Source: Lepidodermella squamata
Lineage: Eukaryota; Animalia; Gastrotricha
Reading direction: 5' to 3'
NCBI GenBank assembly: GCA_047495785.1
Contig: JBLDXI010000050.1
Span: 186,001 to 250,000 of the forward strand
Length of the DNA stretch: 64,000 nucleotides
The position numbers and the translations under genes were made by a program. The notes beneath the pieces are model-generated. The model saw only the letters and a program-made list of their open reading frames with translations. It ran no database searches and was not told the origin of the DNA. Shown here piece by piece: positions 50,229-62,295 of this stretch. Each line of letters opens with the position of its first letter. Positions within the stretch are counted from its first letter, which is position 1.

Positions 50229-53200
50229 TTATGTGTGAAAGTCACTCACGGCAATCATCAAAACAACTAATAATAGGAGATTAAGATCGAGATTGTTCGC
50301 TTTTGATTTCTTCTGATTTTCTGATGCTTTAACAGCAGCTCGTATATCTTTATCGATTCTGCCGGCTGAAGATACAGTGGATGTCGACACGAGCGGAAAG
50401 GGGTCCATTTTCACTAAATTGACGTTTTCGAGTCGACTCAGACTAATTCCAGATAGTAACTCGCCAACTTTGACCTTCAATATATTCACAAGTACCGCAA
50501 CTTTGTCCGCAATTTGCTCTTCAGTCAGCTGCGTCAAACTTCTCAAGGCCACAATATAGTCAGCTACAATGCTGCCTTTTCTGAATTTCACGATTTCAAC
50601 GCTTTGAATTGACCCATTTATCGTCTGAGCCGTCGAAGTCATTATGTTCTCGATTGCCGGTAACATGAACTGGGCTAGTGCTTTGAATGTCTCTGAATTG
50701 GGGTCATCCAACGCTTTATCCCATGGTTCTGTCGAGACAACAAGATTCGAGCCTGCAATAGTCAAATTCTCCCCAGTAATACTGATATTCATCAGTAACT
50801 GATGAAAGTAATGCATTTCTCCTAATGGTAAGCTCTCGGGAGAAATTTGCGGGTTTTTAGTAGTATTAGGGCTCTCTGCTTTAGTAGAGGATCTATCACT
50901 TATAGAAGTAGGAGTATCACTTGTAGAAGATGCAGAAGCCTTGCTGGTTGCAGCCAAATTATTTTCACTCGTTGTTTTTGGAGTGGATGTGTCCAGGGTT
51001 GTAATTACAGCAGTTTTAGGTGGAGAGGTATCGATTAACGAAGTTGACGTTGTAGAAGTAGATGTAGATGAAAATGTGGATGTAGCTGTAGGTGGAGTGG
51101 CAAAGGCTGACGAAGTCGGAGTTGAAATTGAAGTTGGAGTTGAGGCTGAAGATGTAGTTGTAGATGAAGTTGTAGATGTAGATTTGGACGTAGTTTTAGG
51201 TGGAGAGGTATAGGTTGACGAAGTCGAAGTTGAAATTGAAGTTGGAGTTGTAGATTTAGATGTAGATTTAGATGTGGATGTAGTTGTAGGTGTAGAAGTT
51301 GACGAAGTCGGAGTTGAAATTGAAGTTGAAGTTGTAGATTTAGATGTAGATTTGGATGTGGATGTAGACGTGGATGCAGATGTCGATGTGGAGCTGGTTG
51401 TACTTGAATTCCTTACATAAGAATAGAATTTCACTTGATATAGGTATGCAATGCTTTGCGACGGTGCAGTGTCCATCAAATAGTAAGCCCCGACACCATG
51501 ACGCAGATCTTCACCAATGTCGTGAAAATTCGGAATGTCCTTCTGGAATACCAGATTTGCAGTTCCATTGCTTTGGCAATAAACTCGGAACGCGGTCCCA
51601 ATCTTTTCGATGGTCAACATCTCCGCAGCTCTTGGATAGGCGCATCCAGGTATAGCCTCAGCCGCGATTTGTGTATTCGAAAACTTGTCCGGGGTAGATG
51701 TAGCTGATAGCGTGAAGCTGCCAAGCTTCAAGCGCCATTGGACAACTAAGCCGGAGATTTTCGACCAGTTGACGTTGTACATATTATCAGCAGTGTCGGT
51801 TTGGAAGAGGTAGATACTAGTTTGATAGGCTAGAATGTAGAAATCAAGTCGGCCCATATCAGCAGTTGATGCAAGATAGAACTGAATATTCCAATCATCT
51901 CGGGGGCTGAAAGTCTGTTAATGATTAAAAATGAAAAAGGGTGTATTGGAAGGGTAAATAATAGTAATACATTGATTAAAAAATCTTTGCACCTCATTAA
52001 AAAATCATATCATTTCTGATGTTCTGCTAGCCGCGGCGTCCTATAGTACGTCTCATGGAGGACAGTGGTTGGGGTTTTAGTTGGTGGTAGATTTTAGCGT
52101 TAGGGTTAGGATTCGGCTCAGGACTAGGGTTGAGGGTTGAGGTTAGAGAGGTGACCTAACCCTAACCCGAGGGGTGTGGCTTCAACAGCTGTTGATGGAG
52201 CCGAGTCGAGTGTGAAATCTGGGTTTTGCGTGCAAAATACCGGACCGTTATTCGACCTTCTTTCATGAAACCTGGATACGATGATAATTGCCAATCAATA
52301 TGAGCTTACTTGTGAGTTCCAAGCACTGCCATATTGTCCGGTTGAAGTAAGTCGTATTGACATGCCATTCTCTGCTATTGAGGCTGGCCCTCTCAGGAAT
52401 TGTGTATCTATCATCATTGAAAATAGTTCATTAAAAAAAATTCCTCAATCAAAGAGTCAATACCGAAGTTGACGAGGTGTATCGACAGCGAGTCATTGTA
52501 TGCCCACGGAAGGCCTGGGTTCGCACTGTTGATAGATGATGGATATCTGACAGCTGGAGTGATAGAAATGAATAGAAAATGCAAGTCCTAATTCGAATTT
52601 GAATTTGTGAGTACATGCGACGGGCATTCAACACATATAACTTACATGAATTTCTGAACATTTTTCAGAAATTGTTGGATTTTTTCAAGAAACTAATTGA
52701 AATTATGTGTACTTATTCGATCGCTTTAATCTCTTTTTTGCTATCGGTTATGGTGGTATGTTGCATCGGCCCCGCAGAAAGAAATTGATATCTTAAAAAA
52801 TGCTGCACTTACTAGCGATGCATTGTTGATAGAGAACCAGTGCGAAGTCGACAGTAGAATAGCTTTCATTGAACAATTTTATGCACGCAATATCACCAGC
52901 GAAGCCAGCGGACCCAGCATCGGTCCTGTTAAAATCGAATAATATTGAAATTGCAACAGATAAACTGATATTAGAGTTTACTTTTTCCCGATAACGAGGT
53001 CAAGCCGCACATTAGGTAGAGCCCAGTTTTCGGTCGTTTTGACGCTAAGCGAGCCTACTCCACCTCCAGCCATAGCGACATTCACGCTTGTACTACTGAC
53101 ACAGGAAACCAGGACCAGGGTCCATTGCTTAGGGTCTGTTATGTTGAGATTTACAGACACCCTCTCAGGCCCTCGCCACAGAACAATTTGCTTCAATTTC

Positions 53201-54059
53201 GAATCATAAGCTATTGCCGTGTCATTCTTGGCTGTACCATTAATCGTCCAAATCAACCCGGGCGAGCTGAATCGGATCAAGATACTTAAGCTCCATTGTT
53301 GGCTTCCCTTACCGGGAATTCTTAATGCTACCATTCGAGAGTCATTTTTGAACGAATATGCCCCTTTTCCGACAACCGTAGTATTGACCACGACATCTAG
53401 ACTGTTCACTAAACTAGTTAGCGGTTCAAGGTAAGTATCACTAGTCAGAGGCCAGTAAGCTTTCAGATTCGATTGCCCGCTTCCACCAGCCCGTTTGTTG
53501 CAATCGAATTCGGTCAAATCAGGTATAAATTCCCCATTCAGGCAGGTTGTTTGCCGATAGGCCCCGGAGTTGCACATTGCCCGGATCACAGTGTAGTTGG
53601 GATAGTCGATATTTGGTAACTTGGCTTTGCCAGGCTGCCATGTTGTTTCAGAATCATTACTCACAAAAACCAGACTACCAGGAATTGTAGCCACATTGAT
53701 GTTACAACCTTTTATCTTGGTTCCAGGATATTCTAGGATTTAGGGAATTAATACGATTTTATGATGAGAGTTTTGAGCTCACGAAAGTCAGCACACCGAT
53801 CGATTCGTGTCGACCAGAATCCATTATCCAGGCATCTAATGGATGTAACATTCGATGAACAACTTAGCTGTGCGATGATCCCATATTTGAACCAAGCTGA
53901 TGTATTTGCCGGCAATGCAATGGATTTCGTGAGAAAGTTGTAGCCGTAGTTGACTGTCATTATGGTTGCATCGATGGTTCCGTTCCACCGACATTGTTCG
54001 AGAGCTTGAATTCTAGCTGAGAAGCAGAATATTATCAAAGCCGTTGCTGCACGAAACAT
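50229..54059 (-). CDS. Sushi-LamG-L-lectin-mucin-SEA surface protein, copy 7, long Ser/Thr stalk (apparently intact)
   Basis: The exons checked splice in frame; RLTSTGQYGSAW...DWNIQF; ~200-aa S/T-rich stalk; FRKGSIVADY. Confidence 0.8.
52065..52170 (+). repeat. Degenerate TTAGGG-like tract in an intron
   Basis: TTAGGGTTAGG/GAGGGTTGAGG runs followed by CCTAACCCTAACCC. Confidence 0.6.
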
Positions 54060-55042
54060 TGCAGGGAATGATAGATGATAGAGAGTTCAGGTTTAGACCA
54101 ATTTCTAGAGTTCTGTGCGAATTTCTAACGATTTGTATGCAGTTGGTTGCAATCACTCGGTGAGTGTCACGTGTTCTAGCCGCATATCTGGGGCACACGT
54201 CCAATCAAGGAAGCTCTAAAGAAATGAACGCTCGTCAGTTTTTATCTGAAACAAAACGAAAGCGTCAAATCTTGAGGGTTCTTTATGAAAGTCACGGCAT
54301 TTCTTCATTTTTTAATCCTGAACAAACTGCTTTTCTGGAGCTTATGCTGGTCCGTTTTCTGCACTGAAGCTTTGAACAAGAGAATTAATAAAGCAAACAA
54401 GGTTTTATGTTTCATGACTGAAACGCTGAAAGAGACGAAATAGGAAAGAGAATTTCGCTATTCCGCTTGGCGAATGGCTCGCACGGTTTGTACTGTCTTC
54501 ATCATTGAATAGTTCTCTCATGGTGTTTAGCTTCGCCAAGTAAATCAGCCTGCTTCTAGGACAAATCGGCACCGAAAGTGGAGAGATTTCGGATAAAAAG
54601 CCATCGCTTCCATTGTTGATATATTTGCTCTCCGGTTGTCAAAGTCAGCGGCAAAATCAGCGGCTTTCCAGCAAGTTTTGAAGTCTCAGATCATTCCACA
54701 GTATCAGTCTCCTGATAAGAAGGCGTCTTCATGGATTCCACGGCGCGGCTGATATCGAATCGGCGGTTGTCAAAAATCGGGAAAATTCAAACACTCAGTT
54801 AGCGAATCAGGCACACTTACCATATATTTATTTATGATTTTTCCTATTTCATCTCTCCAAAGCTACCTCCATCAGGACTTGACCAGGCACTGCTCCATAC
54901 CTTATTGAGAATGAATCGAATCCTGGGGATCTGCAATTCATATATATAGAGAAATAACTAAAGCGAACATGGCATTGCCTAATTGATGATCACATGTTTA
55001 TTATCACAAGCTAGTTAGTTCGATGGCGCGATGCCAGCCGGC

Positions 55043-57573
55043 GAATTGTTCCACTTTCCCCAAACGATAATTCCCAAAGCGCATGTTACCCAAGTGGATT
55101 ATCTCGGTCCCCAAGCGCGCACATAGCTTTTTAATATGACATAAATACGCACACACGCGCGCGCACACACACACACTAATCGCGCTGTCGCACGCACCTG
55201 GTGAGCCGATTAAGGAGGATTAAGGTGGTGCAAAGTGTTATTATATGACGGCCGGCACTTCCGCCAAGTCACTAATCGTTGCCTATTCATCCTGATCATA
55301 TCCTGTTCTGATCGTAATGCCAAAGCGTCAGAAAAACACTGTTACATTACCTGCTCAACCTGTCGATGTCGGGTCCTTACCTGCACAGTCAGCCGAAGGT
55401 ACAGCGTTTTACTCACCCTGAGCAATCAAAGTTTTCATTTCTTTTTTATAACCAGAGGCACCAGTGAAGCGAAAAAGAGGCCGCCCACCCGGTTCAAAGA
55501 ACAAAGAAAAGCTTCAGTCTCAACCAGCGGCGCCCGCTGCCTCTGTGCTGACTACACGTGACAACAAGCAGCAACAATCACCGCCCCCGCCGGCTTTCAA
55601 CCCGACCAGTACTTCAACAGCTAAGATTGTGCGCACTGTTCCGTTTTCTCAGCGCATTGAGCTGGTTGAGCAGTCGGAAATGGGTGAGACCTCGGCGCCC
55701 TCGGTGTCTAGTGACGATTTACCCGCGCTTGAGAGTCAATTCAGCGAATTACCTGTTGTTCAAGAGCCGGCCGCGAACGCAACAGCAGCCAGTGACGTAG
55801 TCTCGCCGAACACCGTGCGGCAGATGAAGAAGCGACTTGAAGAGTTAACCAAGCAGAACGAAACTCTGAAGCAGGCTAAACAACAAGCTAAACCGAAGGC
55901 GCAAGTCAACACCTCCCTGAGTCCCGATCAGATGCAGGCGATGCTCGACTTGGCCCCGGAGAAGAACGCCGTGTACTACAAGTCGACGAAGGAGGGCACG
56001 GTCTTGAGCTACGCTGGGCATCGGTACATCTTCGACCGGCGCAGCGACGGCGCTGTCTACGTCCGCTGTTACGAGCACCGCACCGCGATCAAGTGCCACT
56101 GCACCTGGACCGGACCTTTACCCGATTGGCCTGAAGGACACAATGACTATTGCTATCGCTTCAATCTCGAAGAACCGCCGAAGCTCTCAGGTTAGTCTCA
56201 TTCCAATTTCGTGAAAATTCGTTAATTTTCACCTTTTTCAGGTCACGCAGAGCACGATGCCGATCGGATTTTCGCTGAAGTCGAACTAAACATCGCCAAA
56301 TTGCGCTGGGTTATCGAAAGACAACCTGGTATTACGCCTGGTCAGCACTACCGCCAAGTCAAGAGCGAAATCGCCGATATCGAAGTTCGCGAGGCATTTC
56401 CCGACCTCAAGGAAATCAAGTCCGGTTTGTACAAACGACGCGCCAATAAGTACCCGAAAAACCCCGTCAGCCAAGATGATCTGTTCGAGCTGTTGAAGAA
56501 GGCGGTTGATCGCGAGCTTGACAAGTCTGCCCAAGAACGGATCGAGGCGTTCTTGCTCACGCACGATAAGAACGAAAAATTTCTTTATCACATTGAGAAA
56601 CGCGAAGACGGCAAGTCATTCATCGTTTTCGCCACCGAAAAGGGTTTTCGCCGCCTCGCACGTGCCCAGCGCTGGTTTTTTGATGGGACATTCGCCATTT
56701 CACCAAAAATGTTTTACCAGATGTTTTCTATCCATACCCAGCGTGACGGCGCCACTTTTCCAGCCGCTTTCTGCCTCTTGTCGGAGAAAAGCGCCGATCT
56801 TTACACGGCTGTATTCGAGGCGATTATGGCGGGTATCGCGGACACGCATGAGGAATTGCAAGTAGAGGAAGCCACCTGCGACTACGAAAGCGGCTTGTTG
56901 CCGGTCGTTCGCGAGTTGAAGGGCAAGAACGCCCTCAATGCGCGAAAAGGACTTTGAAGGTTATTTCCGGCGCACTTGGCTCGGCAAGCGGTTTCCAGTG
57001 GCCGAGTGGAACGTGCATGGCCATTGTACGCGGACAAACAACGGCGTCGAGGGCTGGCACCACCGCATGAATGCCGTTGTTAACCACCGAAAGCACCCGG
57101 CGATTTGGTACTTCATCGAATCCATCCAGAAGGAGGAAGCCGAGGTGGCGGTGCAGATGGCCAAGCATGAGAAGCAGGGGAAAACGCTTTGCAAAACCAA
57201 GAAAAATCAAGTAGAAAAAAACAAAGAAATCCAAATTGTCGAAAAATGTTTTAATGAAAATTTGCGTACTCTTGAGGCTTCTCGCGATCCTCAAAAGCAC
57301 CACAAAAAAAACAAATTGTTAATTGAATATCTCGATAATATCTCGAAGCTGCTTAAGAAGAAGATATTTTGAGTGTTGTTACAACTTCCTGTTTACGTAT
57401 CTGTTTGTGCGCTCCGTCGACGTGCTGTTGTTACGCTGTCATCGCGCTAATAAAGTCTATTTTAATTAAATAGTATTTGTTTCGGGGATAAGTGCGTTGC
57501 GTGCGCGCGCGCGGGGATTATCAATTTGGGGCGCGCGTTTTGGGGATTTTCTTTTGGGGAAAGTGGAACACAC
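55043..57573 (+). mobile_element. Mutator (MULE) DNA transposon, defective
   Basis: TIR core TGTTCCACTTTCCCCAAA at both ends, TSD CAGCCGGC; encloses the transposase gene. Confidence 0.92.
55317..57372 (+). pseudogene. MULE transposase (AT-hook, FLYWCH-like Zn finger, DDE) with internal deletion and frameshift at ~56940
   Basis: KRKRGRPPGS; YAGHRY...RCYEHR...C; WFFDGTF...YQMFSIH; CDYESGL; RTNNGVEGWH. The CxFH segment is missing. Introns at ~55399-55455 and 56191-56241. Confidence 0.85.
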
Positions 57574-57784
57574 GCAGCCGGCAGGTCCTTACAACCTCAT
57601 AGCGGAACTTGAAAAGCGGAAAAGTGATCATACGTGGGTGGCATAAGTGGCATAAGGGATAGGTGTGTGTGATTAATTTATGAGGCATCACCGAGGCATT
57701 ACCGTAGGTTCGATTCCGTGTATGGCCAATCACATTTGTTTTTATATTTTATATATTATTATAATATCCTTTATTCATAGGAAG

Positions 57785-57987
57785 CATTGTGACGCCGAAA
57801 TTGCGTCTCCAAGACAAATCTGAAAATTAAAACTCGTCGTTCTTGCAGCGGAACCGGCTGATTTTTCGCCTACTGTCCTCATCTACCAAACCATCCTCAA
57901 ATACAAAAATTCAGCCTTTAAGACCTATTCCCGCAGGCTGCTCTATTGTTAGATTTTATCTTGCGACGCAATTTCGGCGTCACTATG
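57785..57987. mobile_element. MITE with ~35-bp TIR CAT(A/T)GTGACGCCGAAATTGCGTC
   Basis: Clear terminal inverted repeat; no TSD recognised. Confidence 0.7.
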
Positions 57988-58441
57988 AAACTTAAAGATT
58001 CTCATAGGTTTGGGAAACGCTGAGTAATTGTGTTTGGGCTTTTAACGCTGTTGACGACGGTTAAAAGTGAAGCCAAGTGAGGCTAAGATGTGAATACGTA
58101 AAATTGCCTCGGACCAAACAGGTTAGAAATCTTTCTACAGGTGTAACACGCAGGATCGTTAGTCGGTAGTTTGTAGAAGCAGAAAAATCCAAGGCAACTG
58201 GACATTAATATTTAAAAATACCGTCGCTAGAGTTTTGCAGGCTTGACAGCCAAAATGTTAAATAATTGCTAAGGAAAAGTCGTGTTTAATGGGTTAAAGT
58301 TTAAGTTAAACATGTTACGGTGTTGTTTTGAAAGCCAATTATGGCACGCGCTGGGTCTGAACTCGTGATTCGAAAACTTATTTGTATTAACCGACTTAAA
58401 ATCTCGCCAATAAAAATTTATTTGCTTCGCAAAACACATCA

Positions 58442-60106
58442 ATGAGGAGCTTTATTTTAACACTTTGCGTTATTCCCTTCGCGATTATCATCCAGGCATC
58501 TGGTCAAAACTTCAAGCGATGCTTCCAAGTGACCAACAACGCATTCACTACGTGCCGCGATAACAGCCCTACCTGTGATCCTATCAGCGAGCATCAGGTA
58601 TTTTGTTATAGGGATTCATGCCTAACTCACAGCTTTCCGTAGAGAGGCTTCCGAGATCCGAAGACTTTGAGTGATGGCAATTTTATAAATATTATTCGGA
58701 ATTTGGAATTTGAAACTCTCCGTTCCAAGAATCTTCTACAGTGCTCCCTCGATAACTGCACCCCCGCTATCAACACACCCTCTTTAATTGCAACTGTTTA
58801 TTGGACTCACAGCTGTCGCGTGGCACCATCTGTTTTAAGCAAAAAACGCAAATCCCTCGATAACTGTTTCCCTCGATAATTTCACGGGTCTGGACCCCGA
58901 CCCCGTGCAGATATCGAGGGAGCACTGTATTTAGATGGAATTTAATTTTAGTTTAATTTGAAATTTGAAATTTAACCAGTGTGCGACTTTCTGGAGAGGA
59001 TGGGGGATCATCCCACCCAGCTCGGCCGGGCCAGACGACAAAATAAGAATTTAGCCCACTGTTTCGTCAAATTTGAGAGGTTTATGAGGGCGTTTAAGTG
59101 GAAAATCTTCACAATTTTCCTTCTTCGCTCGTTTTTTAGTTGAAATTTAGTTTTGGAAAATACAGCAAAACAATTTTCTATCCCCGGCAGCTCCGGGATC
59201 CAAGATCGCACCCTGAATTCAATGCTGAATTTTAATTTTCATTGATATTTTATTCATTTAATTTAATTGATAAATAATTTATTTTTCAATACAGTGGGGT
59301 CCTTTGTTCCCAGATTTGGCAACTTGCCGATCAGGCGTAAGAAATCTTAAATTTGGGTCTCGTCACTGTAAATTTCTATCCATGTCGAGAACAGAATGCT
59401 AAGATGTGCTACAAACACGGCGCCCTAACTACACGATGCAATCCTGGCCTTGGAAGCTGTAAATTAACTGGCGAGCCAGCTGCTGCCAGAGAAATCGAGG
59501 TACGTTTCCACCTCAATCTCACATGTTATATTCATTTAATTCGGCTTTTTTCAGCTGAATTGGTTAAGGAACACCTCGCTGAAGGACAGCTTGGCCGCTT
59601 GCAATAATGCGAGATCGAAATTTACCGTAAATTCATTAGCTGAAATGTTGATGCTATTAAGGTTTTACTTGAATTTTCAGAATCAAGCGTTTAAACGATG
59701 CACAGACAGCGGAGTCGTGAAAACATGTGTCCCAACCAACTTCACTTGTCCGGAGAACTGGGTTTGAAGCAGTTAATCCTTATCGAGCTGATTGTGAGTT
59801 TTTTCTTATTCACAGCTCGAAGGCGGCAACACATACGGCAATTTTGGCCTCTGCATCTCACGTGGGACTTCACGTGAGTTTTTCAAATATTAAATTTTTA
59901 AATGAATTCGCTCAAAATGCACTGAAACAGTTCAAGTTGCTGCCAGCGAGAAGCCGCATGTCAGATGTTTCGATGCGTCTACTGGGAGCTTCATCGATTG
60001 TCGCCTCGAGACTACTGGCTGTCTAGCTGGGACTGAAACTCGAGAATTTTCGCCCGCGACGTTATCCAACAGGGCAAACTGCCTAACTGGGGTAAACTCT
60101 AATTAA
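58442..60106 (+). CDS. Seven-exon secreted protein (~229 aa) with four 4-Cys repeats; exons 58442-58597, 59295-59336, 59395-59499, 59555-59626, 59681-59761, 59816-59873, 59931-60106
   Basis: All six GT-AG introns keep an open frame, giving a signal peptide plus four C-x8/10-C-x6-C-x13/28-C modules. The 3' end is uncertain. Confidence 0.72.
58739..58927. mobile_element. Tc1/pogo-type MITE (intronic)
   Basis: TA-CAGTGCTCCCTCGATA...TATCGAGGGAGCACTG-TA. Confidence 0.85.
58977..59215. mobile_element. hAT-like MITE (intronic)
   Basis: CAGTGTGCGA...TCGCACCCTG termini; degenerate 8-bp TSD AATTTAAC/AATTCAAT. Confidence 0.65.
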
Positions 60107-60147
60107 TGATTAAATTTCGGGTATAGTGCTTATCAGTGTTTCGAGTG

Positions 60148-60325
60148 TTTCAGTTGATTCACAACCACCGAAAATTTGGCCGCAATTTGATCTTCTGTCA
60201 GCTGGGCCTCCTCAGGGCCACAATGTAATCGGCGATAATACTGCCTTTTCTGAATTTCACGATTTTAACGCTGAGAATCGTTCCGTTCAGCGTTTGGGCC
60301 GTTGAAATCATACGATTTTCGATTT
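60148..60325 (-). pseudogene. Isolated SEA-domain fragment of the surface-protein family
   Basis: Matches ~47125-47300 (VKIVKFRKGSIIADYIVALR) with a small deletion. Confidence 0.75.
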
Positions 60326-62094
60326 TGAAAAGAACCAATTATAGGTATTTGTGTCAACCAAAAATTTCGAACTTTGAAAGCAAAATAACAAAATTGCAAC
60401 TTCGAATGGACAACAATTTTACGAAGGAAATACACAAGTCACTCATAAACACTTTACGGCAATCATCAAAACAACTATTAATAAGAAATTGACATTGAAA
60501 TTGTTAGCTTTTGATTTCGCTTTCGGCCGACTATCTGATAATTTAGCAGTGGCGCGTATTTCTTTGTCTATTCTCCCGGCTGAAGGTACAGTTGGGGTCA
60601 CTTCGGCAGGAGAAGCGTTCATTTTGATTAAATCGACATTGCCGAGTCTACTCAGACTTATTCCAGAAAGCAACTCGCCAGCCTTTTTCTTCAGTTGATT
60701 CACAACAATCAAAACTTTAGCCGCAATTTGTTCCTCTGTCAGCTGGGTCAAACTCCTCAGAGCCACAATATAGTCGGCTATGATGCTGCCTTTTCTGAAT
60801 TTAACGATCTCAATGCTTTGGATTGACCCATTCAACATCTGAGCCGTCGAAGCCATTATAATGTTCTCGATTGCCGGTAACATGAACTGACTTAGGGCTT
60901 TGAAGGTAATTGAATTTGAGTCATCCAACGCTTTATCCCATGGTTCTGTCGAGACAACAAGATTCGAGTCTGCAATAGTAATATTCTCCCCAGTTATACT
61001 GATATTCATCAGTAACTGATATGCATAAGGCATAGGTCCTGATGGTAGGTTCTTGGTTGAAGCTTGTAGGCTAGTAGTCGTAGGGCTCTCTGTTTTTAAA
61101 GATGATATGTCTTCTGTAGAAGTAGAAGTATCACTTGTTGGGGATGCAGATGCCTTGCTGGTTGTAGCTGAATCAGTTTCACTCGTTATTTTGAGTGTAG
61201 TGTCCATGGTAGTAGTTGTAGGTGGAGTAGTATAGAATAAAGAAGTTGAAGTTGCAGATGTAGATTTAGATGTAGCTGTAGCTGTAATAGCTGTAGATGG
61301 AGTTGTAGCTGTGGTTGTAGATGGAGATGTAGATTTAGATGTTGATGTAGACGTGGATGCAGGTGTGGATGTGGACGTAGATGTAGATGTAGATGTAGAT
61401 GTGGAGCTGGTTGTCCTCGAATCGCTTTCATAGGAATAGAATTTCACCTGATATAAGTATGCAATGCTTTGCGACGGAACAGTGTCCATCAAATAGTATG
61501 CCCCGATACCATGACGTAGATTTTCACCAATGGCGTGAAAATTCGGAATATCTTTCTGGAATACCAGATTTGCAGTTCCATTGCTTTGGCAATAAACTCG
61601 GAACGAGGTTCCAATCTTTTCGATAGTCAGCATCTCCGCAGATCTTGGATAGGCGCATTCAGGGATAGCCTCAGTATTAGAAATGAGTATTAGAAAACTT
61701 GTCCGGGGAGGATGCGGCTGATAAAGTGAAACTGCCAAGCTTCAAGCGCCATTGGACAACCAAGCCGGAGATTTGTGACCAGTTGACATTATACATATTA
61801 TCAGCAGTGTCGGTTTGGAAGAGGTAGATACTAGTTTGATAGGCTAGAATGTAAAAATCAAGTCGGCCCATTTCAGCAGTTGATGCAAGATAGAACTGAA
61901 TATTCCAATCAATTCTGGGGCTGAACAGAGTTCATGATTTAAAATAAACACACAGCTTTTAAAAATTGGAGAGTAAATAATAAATTGATAATTGTAGACT
62001 AATAGGTACTTTAGGACTGATGGAGTAATAGGACTTTATAAGGTATATAGTAAGGACTTTATATAGTAAGGACTTTATTCGGGTAAGGGAGAGG

Positions 62095-62295
62095 CTTATG
62101 GTCAGGTTAGGACTATGGTTAGGCACGGCTACGGCTTTGAGGTTTTAAAGACTAAGAAAGTGACTAGGGCTATGCATTAGGGTTTCAGTTGAGGTTAGGC
62201 TTAGGGTTCGGCTTAGGGTTCGGCTAAGGACTAGGGTTTAGGGTTAAGGTTAGGGTTAGGGTTAGGGCGAGGGGTGTGGGGTGTGGGGTGTGTTG
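62095..62295 (+). repeat. TTAGGG-like tract in an intron (orthologous position to 52065-52170)
   Basis: GGTTAGGGTTAGGGTTAGGG plus variants TTCGGC/TTAGGC. Confidence 0.75.

Noticed and set aside
50847-51213. Val/Asp-rich plus-strand ORFs and the His/Leu-rich ORF at 61186-61431
   Set aside because: Antisense or alternative-frame shadows of the Ser/Thr stalk repeats.
62095-62295. True telomere or chromosome fusion site
   Set aside because: Short, degenerate, intronic and present at the same position in a paralog.
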